Of a stretch of 64,000 bases of DNA, positions 62,554 through 64,000 are shown in pieces (the stretch's first letter is position 1; each line of letters begins with the position of its first letter). The DNA comes from the human T2T-CHM13v2.0 reference genome, Homo sapiens. The notes beneath the pieces were generated by a model, which was not told where the DNA came from, did not search any database, and saw only the letters and a list, made by a program, of their open reading frames with translations. Position numbers and translations under genes: made by a program. The stretch lies in assembly GCF_009914755.1 (NCBI RefSeq), contig NC_060935.1; one strand, given 5' to 3'.

Positions 62554-64000
62554 GTATAAAGGAAATGTTTACTGTTTTGAATTTGCTTCTTCATTCAAAC
62601 ATAGAAGTCTAAGTATAAAATTAGTGTTCTTTAGGAGGATATGACTTTCCTCTGGATTTCTCTGGTTGATAATGTTACTTAGCCATGAGAATGTTTTTCA
62701 TAGAGTTTTTAGAATTTGAAGCAGTGGTAGCAGATTCTGTTATGCCTTTCTATTTGTTCAATACAATATTAGGTATTATGGGAAATACAAAAAAATCTGA
62801 GACATTGTTCCCTCTAGGAGCTACTTATGCATCAATACTTAGATACTAAGGGGTCTGACACAGACTGTAGGGCAAAAGAATTTAAAGAAAGCAGGATCTT
62901 GTTTATCCACCTATTACTTTTATTAGAAGATAAAATACGTAAATTGGACTAAAACCAGTCAGATTATTCAGCTCCTGAGGAAGATACATACATATTACTT
63001 TAATAGGAATTTGAGGCAGAAACAGGGAAATTGCTGCCTTAAGCCTCATAGTTACTCTAGGGCCCTGTTTGCCCTAGAGTATCACTTGTTAAGGAGAATC
63101 ACTTATTCTCCTTAATTCCTTCATATATGTCCTATACCAAGAGAGTATTGCCCAGAAGGTATAGTGCTTTTCTGTAGTTAGGAACTTTATTGGCTGGAAC
63201 TGGAGTTTCCTCTTGCTCTGTCTATGATTGCCTTTGGGCTTATACTAGCCTTTGGACCAACTCATCATGGCTAGTATAGTGACTTTCTTAAAACAGCATA
63301 CCACATTGAGTAATAGCAGCTATAATGGAGGAAATGTCTTGTAGCCACTTTTTTTTTTTTTTTTTTTTTGAGACAGAGTCTCACTCTGTCGCCCAGGCTG
63401 AAGTGCAGTGACGCAATGTTAGCTCACTGCAACCTCCGCCTCCTGGGTTCAAGCAATTCTCCTGCCTCAGCGTTCTGATTAGCTGGGATTACAGATGCCC
63501 GGCACCATGCCCAGCTAATTTTTGTATTTTAATAGGGATGGGGTCTCACCATGTTGGCCAAGCTGGCCTTGAGCTCCTGACCTCAAACCATCCACCCGCC
63601 TCAGCCTCCCAAAGTGCTGAGATTACAGGCATGAGCCACTGTGCCCGGCCGTGTAGCCACTTTTTATCAAAAGTAGCTGTGTATTTGTTTTATGGGCTCT
63701 TCTAATAAGTATATCTAGATAATATGTAGCCCATGAAACTACTATAAGTGAAAGAATAGTGACTTTTAATAGTTTTTCATCTTTTACTCACCTCTTATCT
63801 CCAGGATGAAGATCAGGCTTATTAGGAGGTGATATGATATGTTTAGGGATTTAGTTAACTGCATATTTAGGGTGAATTTAAAATTGGCAGGATGATGAGG
63901 ATGCCAGAAAAGCTAATGTAGTTTCAGACTACTTTAATAGATTTTGTAGTACCTTGTTTGTGAGAAATAATAGACCTTTTGTTTCGCATACTAGTCAAGC

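Overview
Human (primate) genomic DNA containing the head-to-head NPAT/ATM locus. NPAT coding exons 1-10 (codons 1-302) lie on the minus strand from 40078 down to 2793. ATM non-coding exon 1, two alternative 5'UTR exons and coding exons 2-7 (codons 1-300) lie on the plus strand from ~40374 to 62553. Both genes continue beyond the window and share a CpG-island bidirectional promoter. All coding exons have GT-AG boundaries and join into continuous reading frames. The introns are dense with repeats: roughly 50 Alus, a fragmented ancient L1 hosting a deleted class-I ERV provirus (tRNA-Pro PBS), MER52, MST, MLT1, LTR33 and MER34 LTRs, Tigger/hAT MITEs and a Y3 RNA retropseudogene. Almost all supplied ORFs are Alu/L1/LTR artefacts. 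I found no convincing wholly new biological system. The best leads are RNA-level controls of the ATM N-terminus: TE-derived uORF exons, an intronic polyA site, candidate poison exons, and AUG-containing circles predicted to share one neo-peptide. An antisense provirus with asymmetric LTRs is also worth checking. Repeat subfamily names and SNP IDs are from memory, repeat ends are approximate, and all need confirmation.
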